DNA of 24,000 nt from Cenarchaeum symbiosum A (GTDB taxonomy: Archaea > Thermoproteota > Nitrososphaeria > Nitrososphaerales > Nitrosopumilaceae). Positions within the stretch are counted from its first letter, which is position 1. The number at the start of each line of letters is the position of its first letter. Shown here one piece after another: positions 23,251 to 24,000 of the stretch. The DNA lies in NCBI GenBank assembly GCA_000200715.1, contig DP000238.1:6519-30518 (forward strand), given 5' to 3'. A model generated the notes under the pieces. The model saw nothing but the letters and a program-made list of their open reading frames with translations, ran no database searches and was not told the DNA's origin. The position numbers and the translations under genes are program-made.

Positions 23251-23262
23251 ATATAATTAAAC
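23251..23262 (-). promoter_or_regulatory. TATA-like box for the Lys-rich protein gene
   Basis: Minus-strand gtttaattatat lies 25 nt upstream of the ATG at 23226. Confidence 0.4.
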
Positions 23263-23420
23263 ATTATGCGCGGGATACACACAGGGCGTAGGGGAGCGCG
23301 TGAAAACCGGCAGGATGCCCTGTCAAGTACGCAACCTGCCCAAGTTGAATGCAAGGCGTGTCCATACTCGTTGATTCAGCCAGACATGATGTGTGTGATG
23401 TGGCAAGTCATGCTATTCCC

Positions 23421-24000
23421 TTATCCCAGCTTGAACCTTCCGTATGTTACAAATGCCAGGGCAAGCAGAACAGACACCGTTCCAGCTAGAAACCACCGTG
23501 ATGCAGACAGGTGCCCCTCCGTTCCCGCTATATCTTCAGAGAGCGCCTCAAATATCCCGTCAAGAGTGGGGTTGTCCACCGATGTATAGTACATGCCGCC
23601 AGTCCTATCTGCTATCTCCCGCAGTGTATCCTCGTCAAGCTCTGCGTACCTTGGCTCGCCAAATATGTCATCACCCACGCGGACAGGCTCATCGGAGCCC
23701 ATCCCTATTGTGTGCACCCGTATATTCCCCTGTATGGCAAGTTCCAGCGCCTCTCCGGGGACAGTCCGCCCAGAGTTGTGCACCCCGTCGCTGAGCAGGA
23801 TTATGGTACTCTTCTCCGGTCCGGCTGCAGCCATCTCCACCCCTAGAGCCAGGCCGTCGCCAAGGGCAGTCGCGCCGTCACCCTGCACTATTTCTCCGAT
23901 GCGCCCTGCCGCCTCTGCCCTGTCGGATGTAAGGTAGGATATCGTAATGGCCGACGACCCGAACAGTATTACTCCCACCCTGTCGCCGGGTGCCAGCCTG
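23421..24000 (-). CDS. von Willebrand factor A (vWA) domain protein with C-terminal TM anchor; 5' end beyond the window
   Basis: ILLSDGVHNSG, IRVHTIGMG and DEDTLREIADRTGGMYY are typical of BatA/BatB-like vWA proteins. C-terminal TM WFLAGTVSVLLALAFVTYG. The frame remains open to nt 24000. Confidence 0.8.
   Translation of the reverse strand, partial: RLAPGDRVGVILFGSSAITISYLTSDRAEAAGRIGEIVQGDGATALGDGLALGVEMAAAGPEKSTIILLSDGVHNSGRTVPGEALELAIQGNIRVHTIGMGSDEPVRVGDDIFGEPRYAELDEDTLREIADRTGGMYYTSVDNPTLDGIFEALSEDIAGTEGHLSASRWFLAGTVSVLLALAFVTYGRFKLG

Noticed and set aside
22068-24000. tRNA-Leu-adjacent block (Cas4-like, Lys-rich, vWA) as an integrated element.
   Set aside because: The block lies on the 5' side of the tRNA. 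Its composition matches the core genes, and there is no integrase or duplicated tRNA 3' segment in the window.

Overview
The window reads as a compact chromosomal segment of a high-GC ammonia-oxidising thaumarchaeon. Composition and gene content are reminiscent of Cenarchaeum, but this is inference only. Supporting points: archaeal informational genes (short XPF, Nob1, Sm, L37e), the adjacent gene pair for ADP-forming acyl-CoA synthetase and 4-hydroxybutyryl-CoA dehydratase (3-hydroxypropionate/4-hydroxybutyrate cycle), a cupredoxin, and TATA-like boxes about 21-27 nt upstream of start codons, which suggests leaderless mRNAs. I call about 33 protein genes, including three ORFs too short for the supplied track: L37e and two 4-Cys zinc-ribbon micro-ORFs. 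I also call one interrupted paralog, two tRNAs (Ala-CGC, Leu-UAG) and two in-frame coding tandem repeats (60 bp and 27 bp). I saw no rRNA, CRISPR array, transposase or integrase. I did not find a convincing multi-gene novel system. The items most worth a second look are: (1) a sharply low-GC island (~2630-5600) with two tandem secreted HExxH (DUF4344-like) peptidase paralogs, one split by an in-frame TAG; (2) a membrane-anchored cupredoxin with a very Met-rich repeat and Gln at the axial Met position; (3) a zinc-ribbon micro-ORF separated by one in-frame TAG from an RNase H-like ORF that has no ATG; (4) a metzincin-like protein whose catalytic Glu is Gly; (5) a signal peptidase I with a tail encoded by perfect 60-bp repeats, co-oriented with a zinc-ribbon/PRC-barrel protein inside a zinc-ribbon-rich neighbourhood; (6) a radical SAM protein with Cx4Cx2C spacing. 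All family assignments come from motif recognition by eye and need HMM/BLAST confirmation.
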